DNA of 64,000 bases from Halioglobus sp. (GCA_036961455.1 JBALVN010000001.1:403337-467336), one strand, 5' to 3'. Numbered from the stretch's first letter, positions 36,401 to 45,282 are shown. The notes: generated from the letters alone by a model not told the origin. Numbers and translations are program-made.

Positions 36401-38305
36401 TAGCGCGGGCCCAGTGAAAGTCACCACGCCTGTCAGGTTGTCATAAACATAGCTGGAGCCAGTAATGGACAGGCTGCTGCTAATGCCCGGCGGCAAAGTC
36501 ATTGAATATGTGACACCACTGACATCAGTAGTACCGTTATTTGAGAATCCGAAAGTACCTACAACTCGTGAGCCGGGCACAACATTCGTTAAGATGGTGT
36601 TGGTCGTCGCGAGATCAATAGGAATGGATTTAATGATCAGCTCTTCCTGAGTCGACTCGGTGAGATAATACGTCCACAAGTTTATCCCTTTCGCGTCACC
36701 CCAGCCGGTGCCGGGATTGCAATCTCCATTTCCATTGCTACCATATTCCCAGTCTCGATAGACGGTAGTAGAGTCTGCGCCGAGCAAGTTCACCGGTTCA
36801 GTGGGCCCCTCAGGATCATTGGTGTCGCACAACGTGCCATTGAGCTTGCCGACCAGGTCGCCAGATGAGGTGAGGTATCCACGGTCATCGTAAAACACGG
36901 TGGTTGCCGCGGGGAGGTCAGGTCTTGAGGTGCCGTTCAACCGTGTAATAGTTGGACCACCTGCTACAACACCATCAGCCGGGCTTCCATTGTTCTCTGC
37001 GTCAACAATGGGAAAGTGGACTTCTCCTGCTCGACCATAAGACAGAAACTCATAAGGATCATCCTGGGCCTCAAATGGTTCACCCTTGTTGTCAAGGCCG
37101 TCCCAAGTCACATTATGCGTTCCTGAAAAGGCAATGCCTGTTAAATAACGGTTGTCAGGGTTAGATGGATCGAAGTCACCACCCCCATTCCTGCTTAAAA
37201 CGATCTGATAACTAACCGTATCAGTCGTACTAAAAGAGAAGGTGCCGCCGACTGACGGCGAGGTTTCACCAGAGCCAAAAGCACCAGTGAATGTAACATC
37301 ACTAATCTGGGGTTCGGGGGGAACGAGGGGTATGCCGAGCTCACCCAGTACTATGTCGACTTCTGAACCAGCACCCGTAATGTCGGTGAAGAATATTGGA
37401 TACTGCGCGGTCTGTGTCGTCACACCATCTGGTAGGTTTTCAACTAAAAATCCAGTCCCTCGAACATCCTTGTATAGCGGCTCGTTGTTATCCAGGTAGC
37501 CAAATGTATTGGCATAGAGGGCATATCCGTTTGGATCAAGCCCTCTCATATCTTGCTGATATCGGTAACCATCGGTCGTGACGTAATACAACGTGGAGCG
37601 TATCGGGCGGCGATTGGCGCCGGTGAATCCAACAAAGGCGTAGGTGAACAGCCTGCCATTGATGTCTGTCAGGCTTGAGCTGTCAGGGCGAATTGTTATG
37701 TCCCAGGCAGCGACAGAATTTGAGCTGTGGCTGACAGAACTTACATTTCCATTAGGGTTGCCTCCGTTGCTGGCCCTTGTGAAGACAACACCATAAATAC
37801 CGTCGACCGGGGCTTGGTAGGCGCAGGGGGTAAACGTATTTGCCCCAGCCATAAACCCGCTGGGAGATGCGGGGCCCGCGAGTTCTTGCGCTCGAGTTGC
37901 TATTTGCCCCGTAATGCCACCTGAGTAGTGGGTGCCGGTCGGCGCTAAGGTACCGTTCAGGCATGAGAAGTCTTCATTTGCGGGAAGTACCTCATCGCCT
38001 TTGAAACCAAAGTCGCCCGGATTGTAGACAAGGATATCACCATCGAAACCGACGTTAGAAGAACCCAGTGTAATGTACTCACCGGCCTGGGCGTACACGT
38101 AGGAAAAACCTCGACGATTGACCCGGCCCAGATAGCGATTCCCAGGCTGTAGATCGAGGTTGGCTCTGGCAGCGTTCTGTGTGTTCCCTGTGGGATAGGT
38201 GGCGGGATACAAATCTCTACTGCCTTCGGCGAAAGCAGATGAGCCAAACATAGTAATAGCAATGCATGCTGCGCTGGCAGCAAACATTCCAAAATAAGGT
38301 TTCAT
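33410..38305 (-). CDS. 1631-aa secreted repeat protein (DUF11-like/Ig-like repeats, probable adhesin) with C-terminal sorting-type anchor
   Basis: The signal peptide is MFGSSAFA. A ~256-aa module recurs three times, with Cys-bracketed domains (C.ND.PY.EY.VT ... ATPAC). The C-terminus VPSLPLPFLIALVALTGSLGRQRLK resembles IPTL/PEP-CTERM-class signals. Confidence 0.8.
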   Translation of the reverse strand: MKPYFGMFAASAACIAITMFGSSAFAEGSRDLYPATYPTGNTQNAARANLDLQPGNRYLGRVNRRGFSYVYAQAGEYITLGSSNVGFDGDILVYNPGDFGFKGDEVLPANEDFSCLNGTLAPTGTHYSGGITGQIATRAQELAGPASPSGFMAGANTFTPCAYQAPVDGIYGVVFTRASNGGNPNGNVSSVSHSSNSVAAWDITIRPDSSSLTDINGRLFTYAFVGFTGANRRPIRSTLYYVTTDGYRYQQDMRGLDPNGYALYANTFGYLDNNEPLYKDVRGTGFLVENLPDGVTTQTAQYPIFFTDITGAGSEVDIVLGELGIPLVPPEPQISDVTFTGAFGSGETSPSVGGTFSFSTTDTVSYQIVLSRNGGGDFDPSNPDNRYLTGIAFSGTHNVTWDGLDNKGEPFEAQDDPYEFLSYGRAGEVHFPIVDAENNGSPADGVVAGGPTITRLNGTSRPDLPAATTVFYDDRGYLTSSGDLVGKLNGTLCDTNDPEGPTEPVNLLGADSTTVYRDWEYGSNGNGDCNPGTGWGDAKGINLWTYYLTESTQEELIIKSIPIDLATTNTILTNVVPGSRVVGTFGFSNNGTTDVSGVTYSMTLPPGISSSLSITGSSYVYDNLTGVVTFTGPALPSSLNAGDRITGLTYSFNAPAAGVYTSTTEIQASGVTDALPANNISTQPLIVSTFDLSAQITGVPSMENTGNTVGGAVTFASLGPNNATDVSYSLEFGTSSTTKPASVTFTSLPAGVTASYDAGTGAVTFTGMPNDLPFGEFLAISFTYPGPAIDDSSVEITANISANPADDLLDNNTSVSSTSFRTRVITSSTAVSCANDLPYVDYNLTAQFFTPSGSATVEFIDSGNNVVDTLTNQPLTGGRVLWPGASVDGGGVGTSWPGWVFNSGYWQPTTSTVLPTVGIRFTVDGVVDSTTETYPAIAASCYAAPPGAENVDLLSTVSLPASANPGAGAQGSVSFVNNSPVGVYLDSVSLTLDPGLGTVNFSNLPAGVGATYSSATGVVTFTGLPSILLPGTDLSGILFDFTTPAAGTVTATSDITVGGAIADIDPDNDDDTSTMTVNRVVNVAAASICDKDTPYVEYEVTAAGFTPGPADLATIEFVGASGAVVQTLTDQPLSRTRILWPEAAVDADGNPTDWPGWDFVNGEWVVVPSDVRPNMTVRITVNPTDSISVSYPPATPACAAQPPGVDTVDLATTTTLPTDAETGDTVQGTVSFENIGVYAVENVSYSLTLTPGLGAVTFTTLPAGVTALYNDADGTVSFTGLPSSLSPGATYTGINFEFVVPADGSVEAVSSIDTSGPIVDGDETNNTSSSTLAVRALTLDITAVCDNDTPYIEYEVTPVGFTPDPTDLATVEFLGASGAVVQTLTDQPLSRTRILWPEAAVDADGNPTDWPGWDFVNGEWVVVPSDVRPNMTVRITVNPTESLSVSYPPATPACATNPPGVDTVDLATGVTMPSSGEPGTTVQGSVSYQNLGVTTVTDVSYTLALSPGLDGVVFSNLPSGVTAAYNTGDGSVAFTGLASDLSPSADYTGITFEFIVPATGSVTAASSISTAGSVPDGNTDNNNASATFAVGGSGPDALPTPVPSLPLPFLIALVALTGSLGRQRLKDKSGW
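33999..34953 (-). repeat. 768-bp-period intragenic tandem repeat with 187-bp identical cores (33999-34185 and 34767-34953)
   Basis: Direct comparison shows the two 187-bp stretches are identical and the flanks diverge. A third, more diverged module lies at ~35500-36200. Confidence 0.85.
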
Positions 38306-38689
38306 AACAGGGGCAACTCGATTTACGACAATCCATATTTTATCGAGCGTGCAGGCGTGCTGTCACTATAGACAGGTCGGCAGGTGTGATTTCTGTGATG
38401 TAGTTAACAGAAAAACCGCAACCGAGTGCGGGAAGGCAATCGACTGCGGTCTGTTACGGATTGCCATTGGTGTGGGAGTTGCGTCGCGCAAGGTTCCCTC
38501 ACCAGGCGCTCTCCTCCATGGGAGAGTGTGGCGGTTTGCACCGCATACCCGGCAAGTCAGTACCTGGCTCACGGTTTTGGGGACGGGCCTGGCTGACTTA
38601 CATATTAACTATGGTAGCCAGCGAGAGTTTGCGCAAGGCGGGGGTTAGACCGAGTTCGTCTAAGCTGTCAGGGGTAAATAACGCAGCGT

Positions 38690-39172
38690 TTATTGCTTGA
38701 CGTTGTCGCGCACAATCCGCTGTTTTTGGCGGTCCCAATCTTTGTCTTTCTGGCTGTCGCGCTTGTCGTGCGCCTTCTTGCCCTCGGCCAGCGCAATACG
38801 TGCTTTTACCAGATGACCCTTCCAGTACAGCTGAGTGCACACACAGGTCTGGCCCTTCTGGGTGACCGCTACCTGTAATTTAGCCAGTTCTTTTTTGTTG
38901 AGCAGTAACTTGCGGGTGCGGGTGGGGTCGGTGACGTAGTGGGTAGACACCGTGTCCAGCGGAATAATGTATGAACCCAGCAGGTAGGCTTCGCCGTCTT
39001 TCATCAGCACGTAAGAATCCGCCAGGTCTGCCTTGCCCATGCGCAGGCTTTTGACTTCCCACCCAGACAAGGCAACACCTGCCTCAAAGTTCTCCAGCAA
39101 ATGGTAGTCAAAGCTTGCCCGCTTGTTCTGGGCAATAACGTTGCTGGGTTTGTTTGATTTCTTTTTGGCCAT
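38690..39172 (-). CDS. smpB: SsrA-binding protein SmpB
   Basis: [44 protein letters not shown] is a canonical SmpB N-terminus (160 aa from the ATG at 39172). Confidence 0.93.
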   Translation of the reverse strand: MAKKKSNKPSNVIAQNKRASFDYHLLENFEAGVALSGWEVKSLRMGKADLADSYVLMKDGEAYLLGSYIIPLDTVSTHYVTDPTRTRKLLLNKKELAKLQVAVTQKGQTCVCTQLYWKGHLVKARIALAEGKKAHDKRDSQKDKDWDRQKQRIVRDNVKQ

Positions 39173-39279
39173 GGCGCGCATTATACGTAGGTGGCCCGGC
39201 ACTTAAACGGTAATCTTTCCCTTTTATGCCGGGGAGGGCTGGGGCAATCTAAGCCTATGATAATTTTAGGAATTTTGCG

Positions 39280-40632
39280 GTGACTCAGGGCCCGCTGCGC
39301 GAGCTTAAACAGTGGCGCAGTCGCACCACCTTTATATTGGCCCTGTCCTCGGCGGCGGTGGGGCTGGGCAGTCTTTGGCGTTTCTCCTGGTTGATGGGAC
39401 AACACGGGGGAGGGGCGTTCATGCTCACCTACGTGGCTTGTCTGTTCTTGTTGGCGGTGCCGATCATGTGCGCAGAGGTTGTTCTGGGGTCGTACGGGCG
39501 CGCTAGCCCCATGCTCGCCATTCGCAATGTGTGTGACCGGTCCCTGCTCTACCGTTACTGGCAATGGCTGGGTCTGTTGGCTTGCGTCACTGGAGTGTTA
39601 ATTCTGGGTTATCAGTCGGTGGTGGCCGGTTGGAGCCTGTATTACCTGGACGTTATGCGCGGTGACGAACTGTCTGCGGCCAGTGCCCCGGTAGTGGCTG
39701 CTCACTTTCAGAATTTGCTGGATTCCCCGGCGCTGCAACTCAAATGGCAGAGTATTTTCCTGGCGGCGCTGGTCGCGGTGCTGGCCTTTGGGGTACGCCG
39801 TGGATTGGGGATGTTGGTTTGGTTGACGGTGCCGGTGCTGATCACCCTGCTGGGTATGCTGCTGAAGTTTGCACTGGATAACGGCGACCTGTCGGCTGCA
39901 CGCGACTTCTTGTTCAACATACAAATGATCGACTTCACCCGTGAGTCGGTGTTGGCTGCGATGGGGCACGCACTGTTCACGCTCACGGTTGGGGTTGGCG
40001 CAGGCATGATCTATGGCGCCTATACACCTGCGCGCATTCCAATTGGTCGCTCGGTGATGGCGGTGGCAGTGTTCGATACGATCATTGCACTGTTGGCGGG
40101 GATGGCAATTTTTCCCGTTATTCTGGCGCACAACCTGGCCCCGGCTGCGGGCCCCGGGCTGTTGTTTATCAGTATTCCCTACGCCTTTGGCAACGCGCCC
40201 CAGGGCGAGCTGTTCGGGACTTTATTCTTTGCCATGACGACCGTGGCTGCCCTGGGCTTTGCCGCTGCCCTGATGGAACCTGCGGTGAGTCTGCTGCAGC
40301 AGCAGTTGCGCTTGCGGCGGGTGACCGCGGTGCTCATTGTGGGCGCCTGTGCCTGGTTGATCGCCTGGGCCGTAGCGGCCTCTGTGGCGACCGGGGCACA
40401 GCCTGGTATGCCAAGCCTGCTGCATAAACTGGATTTCGCCACGGCCAATATATTGCTCCCTCTGGTATGCTTGGGTACCGCCGTGCTGGTGGGTTGGAGG
40501 CTCAATAAATCGGTGCTGCGGCCACAATTGGCGCGCGAGTCAGACCTGTCTTTCTCGCTTTGGCGCGGCCTGCTGCGCTATATTGCGCCCCCCGCTATTG
40601 TGCTGGTGATGTTGGCGGGTCTGTTTTTGTAA
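39280..40632 (+). CDS. sodium-dependent transporter (SNF/NSS family)
   Basis: It has the GLGSLWRFSWLMGQHGGGAF motif and ~11-12 TM helices, with a GTG start. Confidence 0.85.
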   Translation: MTQGPLRELKQWRSRTTFILALSSAAVGLGSLWRFSWLMGQHGGGAFMLTYVACLFLLAVPIMCAEVVLGSYGRASPMLAIRNVCDRSLLYRYWQWLGLLACVTGVLILGYQSVVAGWSLYYLDVMRGDELSAASAPVVAAHFQNLLDSPALQLKWQSIFLAALVAVLAFGVRRGLGMLVWLTVPVLITLLGMLLKFALDNGDLSAARDFLFNIQMIDFTRESVLAAMGHALFTLTVGVGAGMIYGAYTPARIPIGRSVMAVAVFDTIIALLAGMAIFPVILAHNLAPAAGPGLLFISIPYAFGNAPQGELFGTLFFAMTTVAALGFAAALMEPAVSLLQQQLRLRRVTAVLIVGACAWLIAWAVAASVATGAQPGMPSLLHKLDFATANILLPLVCLGTAVLVGWRLNKSVLRPQLARESDLSFSLWRGLLRYIAPPAIVLVMLAGLFL

Positions 40633-40644
40633 GCAAGTGGTTCC

Positions 40645-41076
40645 ATGACAACTATTAATCGAAGTGCACTGCTACCTTTCCGCGCGCAGCAGCTGTTTGA
40701 CCTGGTCAACGACATCGAGGCTTATCCCCGCTATATGGATGGCTGCGTTGGCGCCCAGGTCCTGCGCCGCGAAGAAGGGCTGGTAGAGGCGCGCCTGGAT
40801 TTATCCAAGGGCGGTGTTTCCCATAGTTTTGTGACGCGTAATCGCATGGTGGACGCCGAGCATATTTCGCTGGAACTGGTAGCAGGGCCGTTTGATGAGT
40901 TTGAGGGGCGCTGGGAATTTACACCCCTGGGCGATTCGGCCTGTAAGATCAGCCTGAGCCTGCACTTCAGCGCCAATAACGCGGTACTGGGTGCGGCAGC
41001 GGCAAGGCTATTTGATTCGGTGACTAACAATCTGGTGGCGGCAGTGGAAAAACGCGCCAAAGAACTCTACGGTTAA
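40645..41076 (+). CDS. ratA: SRPBCC-family RatA/YfjG (CoQ-binding COQ10-like) protein
   Basis: Its size, N-terminal pattern (RSALLPFRAQQLFDLVNDIEAYPRYM) and position next to rnfH and smpB all fit. Confidence 0.8.
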   Translation: MTTINRSALLPFRAQQLFDLVNDIEAYPRYMDGCVGAQVLRREEGLVEARLDLSKGGVSHSFVTRNRMVDAEHISLELVAGPFDEFEGRWEFTPLGDSACKISLSLHFSANNAVLGAAAARLFDSVTNNLVAAVEKRAKELYG

Positions 41077-41080
41077 CCCT

Positions 41081-41392
41081 ATGACAGAACAAACGATGAT
41101 TAATATAGAAGTGGCTTACGCTTTGGACAACAAACAGGCGCTGCTGCCGTTGCAGGTCGCCGAGGGCACCACCGCGGTGGAGGCGGCCCAGCAATCGGGC
41201 ATTACCGACAAGTTTGAGGGCATCGACCTGGAAAATGCCAAGCTGGGTATTTTCTCTAAAGTGGTGTCACCCACGCAGGTGTTGCGCGAAGGCGATAGGG
41301 TGGAGATTTACCGGCCGCTCATTGCCGACCCCAAAGAAGTGCGCAAGGCGCGGGCCGCCAGGGCCAAAGAGCGCCGCGCTAAAGCGGACTAG
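41081..41392 (+). CDS. rnfH: RnfH family protein
   Basis: It is 103 aa with a ubiquitin-like RnfH pattern (IEVAYA..., REGDRVEIYRPL). It keeps the conserved position after ratA. Confidence 0.8.
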   Translation: MTEQTMINIEVAYALDNKQALLPLQVAEGTTAVEAAQQSGITDKFEGIDLENAKLGIFSKVVSPTQVLREGDRVEIYRPLIADPKEVRKARAARAKERRAKAD

Positions 41393-41778
41393 CTAGCCTC
41401 GGTGGTGTCTTCTTCCGGGTCTGTGCCGAGCTCGGCAGGAGGGCTGCCACCAAAGGCGACAGGCGTATAGTCGCCGGTAACCTTGCTCAGTGCATCGCCT
41501 TCAAAGAACACGGTGAGTTTTTCGTCGGCCAATACGTTCAGCCCGTTACGCCTGGTGTACATGTAGTCCCAGCGGTCGCGGTTGAAGCTGTCTTCTACCA
41601 GCGGCGTGCCGAGAATAAAGCGTACCTGGCGTCTGCTCATACCCGGCTGCAGCTGGTCTGCAATCTCCTGGGTAATGATGTTCCCCTGTTCGACGTCAAT
41701 GCGGTACACGCCGGGAAAGCCGACGGCACTGCAGGCGCTGATGAAGGTAATCGCCAGGGCGATCAGGAGGATACGCAT
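41389..41778 (-). CDS. bamE: outer membrane protein assembly factor BamE (SmpA/OmlA)
   Basis: It has the lipobox FISAC and the motif VEQGNIITQEIADQLQPGMSRRQVRFILGTPL. Confidence 0.88.
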   Translation of the reverse strand: MRILLIALAITFISACSAVGFPGVYRIDVEQGNIITQEIADQLQPGMSRRQVRFILGTPLVEDSFNRDRWDYMYTRRNGLNVLADEKLTVFFEGDALSKVTGDYTPVAFGGSPPAELGTDPEEDTTEAS

Positions 41779-41851
41779 GGGGTAGAACTTCCACTAAAGT
41801 ATTTGGGGTGGCATCATACCGCTACTGAATCCCACAGAGAACCCCTTCCTC

Positions 41852-42286
41852 ATGGCAGAAGAGAATCAGGAACTACGTCGCGCAGGTCTGAAAGTGACCT
41901 TGCCGCGGGTAAAAATCCTGCAAATACTAGAGTCTGCGGCCCATGACCAGCGTCATTTGAGTGCTGAGGAGGTCTACGACGCCCTGCGCGACGCCGGGGA
42001 AAACGTCGGACTGGCCACGGTTTACCGGGTACTGACCCAGTTTGAGGCCGCCGGCCTGGTGACTCGCCATAACTTTGAGGCCGGGCGCGACGGCTCCAGC
42101 ACCTCTCACTCGGTGTTTGAACTGGCCAGGGGCGAGCACCACGATCACATGGTGTGTATGGAGTCAGGTGAGGTTATTGAATTTCACGACGAAATCATCG
42201 AGCAGCGCCAGCGCGAAATCGCCGCGGAACATGGCTTCATGCTGGAAGACCACTCCCTGGTGCTCTACGTTCGCAAGAAGCCCTAG
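41852..42286 (+). CDS. fur: ferric uptake regulator Fur
   Basis: It has LKVTLPRVKILQILE, HLSAEEVY, and an HHDH metal site. Confidence 0.92.
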   Translation: MAEENQELRRAGLKVTLPRVKILQILESAAHDQRHLSAEEVYDALRDAGENVGLATVYRVLTQFEAAGLVTRHNFEAGRDGSSTSHSVFELARGEHHDHMVCMESGEVIEFHDEIIEQRQREIAAEHGFMLEDHSLVLYVRKKP

Positions 42287-43932
42287 CTCTCCAGCATTTC
42301 CCTGGCATGGGCCAGGGTCTGCTTGGTAATCTTCACGCCGCCCAGCATCCGGGCAATCTCCTCCACCCTGCCATCGCTGTCCAACGCACTAAGATCTGTC
42401 TGCACAGACGTTTTATCTGTGGTCTTGCTCACCTGCAAGTGCTGATGACCCTGTGCGGCCACCTGCGCCAGGTGGGTCACGCATAAGACTTGAGTCTCGG
42501 CTGCCAGGCCGCGCAGCAGTTTGCCCACTACCTCGGCCACAGCGCCGCCAATACCCACGTCTACCTCGTCAAAGACCATACTGGGCACTGTGCCTGCGCT
42601 GGCAGTGACCACCTGAATGGCCAGGCTGATGCGCGACAGCTCGCCACCAGAGGCAATTTTGCCTAGCGGCTGGGGTGCTGCGCCGGGGTTGGTGCTAATC
42701 AGGAATTCTATATCCTCACTGCCGTGGGGGTGGGGTGACGCATCTTCCCTGGCTGCCAGGGATATTTCCAACACGCACTGGGCCATGGCCAGGGTGGCGA
42801 GAATTTCGTGGGCGGCAGACACCAGCTGTTTGCCCGCTTTGGTCCGCAGTTTGCTGAGCTTGCCGGCAGATTTGTCGTAGTCTGCGGCCAATGTGCCCAT
42901 TTCAGCGCGCAGTTGCTCCACTCGTTCACCGCTGCCTTCCAGGCCTTGCAGTTCTTCTTGCAGGCGCTGGTGGGTGGCGATCACTTGTTCAGGCATCACC
43001 CGGTGTTTGCGGGCGATATCGTAAACCGCCTCCAGGCGCCTCTGCACCTCGTCCAGGCGTTCCGGGTTCACTTCCACCGCGTCGATATGGCGCTGGATTT
43101 CGCTGTGGGCCTCGCCCAGCTGAATGGCGGCACTGTCCAAAAGCTCACGGGCGCCTTCGATGGCCGGGCCGCTGTGGGTTTCACTGTCCAGCAGATTCAG
43201 TGCCTGCCGGGCACCGCTTTCTTGTTGCTCGGAAAGCTCCAGGGCGGCGTGGGCCGAGCTGAGAATGTCTTCGGCATTGGCCAGCAGCTTCTGCTCCTGC
43301 TCCATGTTGATCAGTTCGCCTTCTTGCAGGCTCAGGTGGTCCAGCTCTTCTACCTGGTAGGCCAGCAGCTGGGCGCGGGCGGTGTGTTCGTCCTGGCTGC
43401 CGGTAAGCAGTGCCAGTTCGCGCTGGGCGCGCAGCCAGTCTGAAGCCAGCTGCTCAACCTTGGAGGCCAGCTTTTGCTGGCCGGCGTAGGCATCCAGCAT
43501 TTCACGCTGTACGGGCTTGCGCAGCAGTGACTGGTGGGCGTGCTGGCTGTGGATGTCGACCAGCATGGCGCCCAGTTCAGCGCAGTCGTGTAAGGTAGAA
43601 GTGCTGCCGTTGATATAGGCGCGGCTGCGGCCCTCGGTGGTGACCACCCGGCGCAGCAGACACTCGTCGCTGTCTTCCAGGTCGCGGCTTTTGAGCCACG
43701 CGCTGGCCTCGGGCAGCGCTGATATATCAAAGGTTGCGGTGATATCGGCGCGATCACAGCCATGGCGCACGGTCTTGGGGTCGGCGCGGTCGCCCAGGCA
43801 AAGGCCCAGCGCATCCAGCATGATGGATTTGCCAGCGCCGGTTTCACCGGTGATGACGGTCATGCCCGCGGCGAATTCCATCTCCAGGGTAGAGACGATG
43901 GTGTAATTGGTGATGCTGATATGGCTAAGCAT
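42283..43932 (-). CDS. recN: DNA repair protein RecN
   Basis: It starts MLSHISITNYTIV, has Walker A GETGAGKS and a long coiled coil, and carries a C-terminal SGGE signature. Confidence 0.93.
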   Translation of the reverse strand: MLSHISITNYTIVSTLEMEFAAGMTVITGETGAGKSIMLDALGLCLGDRADPKTVRHGCDRADITATFDISALPEASAWLKSRDLEDSDECLLRRVVTTEGRSRAYINGSTSTLHDCAELGAMLVDIHSQHAHQSLLRKPVQREMLDAYAGQQKLASKVEQLASDWLRAQRELALLTGSQDEHTARAQLLAYQVEELDHLSLQEGELINMEQEQKLLANAEDILSSAHAALELSEQQESGARQALNLLDSETHSGPAIEGARELLDSAAIQLGEAHSEIQRHIDAVEVNPERLDEVQRRLEAVYDIARKHRVMPEQVIATHQRLQEELQGLEGSGERVEQLRAEMGTLAADYDKSAGKLSKLRTKAGKQLVSAAHEILATLAMAQCVLEISLAAREDASPHPHGSEDIEFLISTNPGAAPQPLGKIASGGELSRISLAIQVVTASAGTVPSMVFDEVDVGIGGAVAEVVGKLLRGLAAETQVLCVTHLAQVAAQGHQHLQVSKTTDKTSVQTDLSALDSDGRVEEIARMLGGVKITKQTLAHAREMLES

Positions 43933-43940
43933 GTGCGCCC

Positions 43941-43956
43941 CTGATGGTTTTGACAG
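43941..43956 (-). promoter_or_regulatory. candidate LexA (SOS) box upstream of recN
   Basis: The - strand CTGTCAAAACCATCAG has one mismatch to CTGT-N8-ACAG. It lies only 8 nt from the ATG, overlapping the RBS, so it is uncertain. Confidence 0.3.
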
Positions 43957-44063
43957 TTATACCCTAGATGGATCGCAGCATAAACATCCACAGTGTTGAT
44001 CCAGTTGTTTTGTGTTTGTCGGGCACTGTGATACAACCTTGGTAGCAATAGGCGCAGGTATTC

Positions 44064-45098
44064 ATGACCAACGATGTAATTTCAGAACGCGCCAGTGTTT
44101 TACTCAAGACACTGGTGGAGAGCCATATTCGAGATGGCCAGCCGGTGGGCTCCAGAACGCTGGTGGAGCAGGCTGGGTTGCCGGTGAGCGCCGCTACCAT
44201 CCGCAATGTCATGTCTGACCTTGAAGATCGCGGCTACCTGATTTCCCCGCACACCTCTGCTGGACGTATTCCCACCGCAATGGGTTACCGTTTGTTCGTA
44301 GATAGCCTGCTGCAGGTGCAACCCCTGGGTCAGCAGGCTATTAGCGCCATGCGCAGTGAACTGAATCCGGACAAATCTGCTACCGAGCTGGTGCAAAGCG
44401 CATCGTCGTTGCTCTCCAGTATTACCGCTCAGGCGGGGCTGGTTACCGTGCCCAGGCAAGAGCCCGGGCAGTTGCGCCAGGTGGAATTTCTGCCCCTGTC
44501 CGGTGACCGAGTGCTGGTTATTCTGGTGATCAACGAACGGGAAGTGCAAAACCGCATCATTCACACCCAGCGAGCCTTTACCGAAGAGCAATTGCGCGAG
44601 GCGGCCAATATGGTCAATCAGCGCTTTGCCGGACGCCCGCTGCAGGAAGTACAGGAACAGATCGTCCGCGAGATGCGCGATGCACGCAGCCAGATAGACG
44701 GCTATATGCAGGACGCACTGGATCTGGCCAATCAGGCGCTGGATCAGGACGAGTCTGAAGACGAATACCTGGTGGCAGGCGAATCGCGTCTTATGGACAA
44801 TGCCACCGCCGGTGAGATGCTCAAGCTGCGTGAACTGTTCGATGCCTTCGAGCAGAAAAAGGACCTGTTGCACCTGCTGGAGCGCTGCTCCCGTGCCAAC
44901 GGTGTGCAGGTGTTTATCGGCGAAGAGGCCGGCTATGACGTGTTTGGCGACTATTCGGTGGTTACGGCTCCCTACAGCGACGGCGCCCAGACCCTGGGTG
45001 TGCTGGGCGTTATAGGCCCCACCCGCATGGCCTACGAGCGGGTCATCCCGATTGTAGATTTAACCGCTCGTATGCTCAGTTCTGCGCTGGCGAAGTAG
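44064..45098 (+). CDS. hrcA: heat-inducible transcriptional repressor HrcA
   Basis: SERASVLLKTLVESHIRDGQPVGSRTLVEQAGLPVSAATIRNVMSDLEDRGYL is a canonical HrcA N-terminus. Confidence 0.92.
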   Translation: MTNDVISERASVLLKTLVESHIRDGQPVGSRTLVEQAGLPVSAATIRNVMSDLEDRGYLISPHTSAGRIPTAMGYRLFVDSLLQVQPLGQQAISAMRSELNPDKSATELVQSASSLLSSITAQAGLVTVPRQEPGQLRQVEFLPLSGDRVLVILVINEREVQNRIIHTQRAFTEEQLREAANMVNQRFAGRPLQEVQEQIVREMRDARSQIDGYMQDALDLANQALDQDESEDEYLVAGESRLMDNATAGEMLKLRELFDAFEQKKDLLHLLERCSRANGVQVFIGEEAGYDVFGDYSVVTAPYSDGAQTLGVLGVIGPTRMAYERVIPIVDLTARMLSSALAK

Positions 45099-45254
45099 TC
45101 AGCACACGCCCGCGGGCCGCAGCTGCGGCATTCCTGTCCATGCGGTAATGGATGGCAGTTAGACGGGATTGGGCAAAGCCAAAGCCAAATTGACCGCAAA
45201 AGCTGTAAAACGACCCCTCACAGCCCCTCATACGCCCAAAAACCCGCAAATATC

Positions 45255-45282
45255 CCTTGAATCGACCCAATCTGGCCCCATA
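45255..45282 (+). promoter_or_regulatory. sigma-32 heat-shock promoter of grpE
   Basis: CTTGAA-N14-CCCCATAT lies ~40 nt upstream of the GTG start. Confidence 0.7.
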
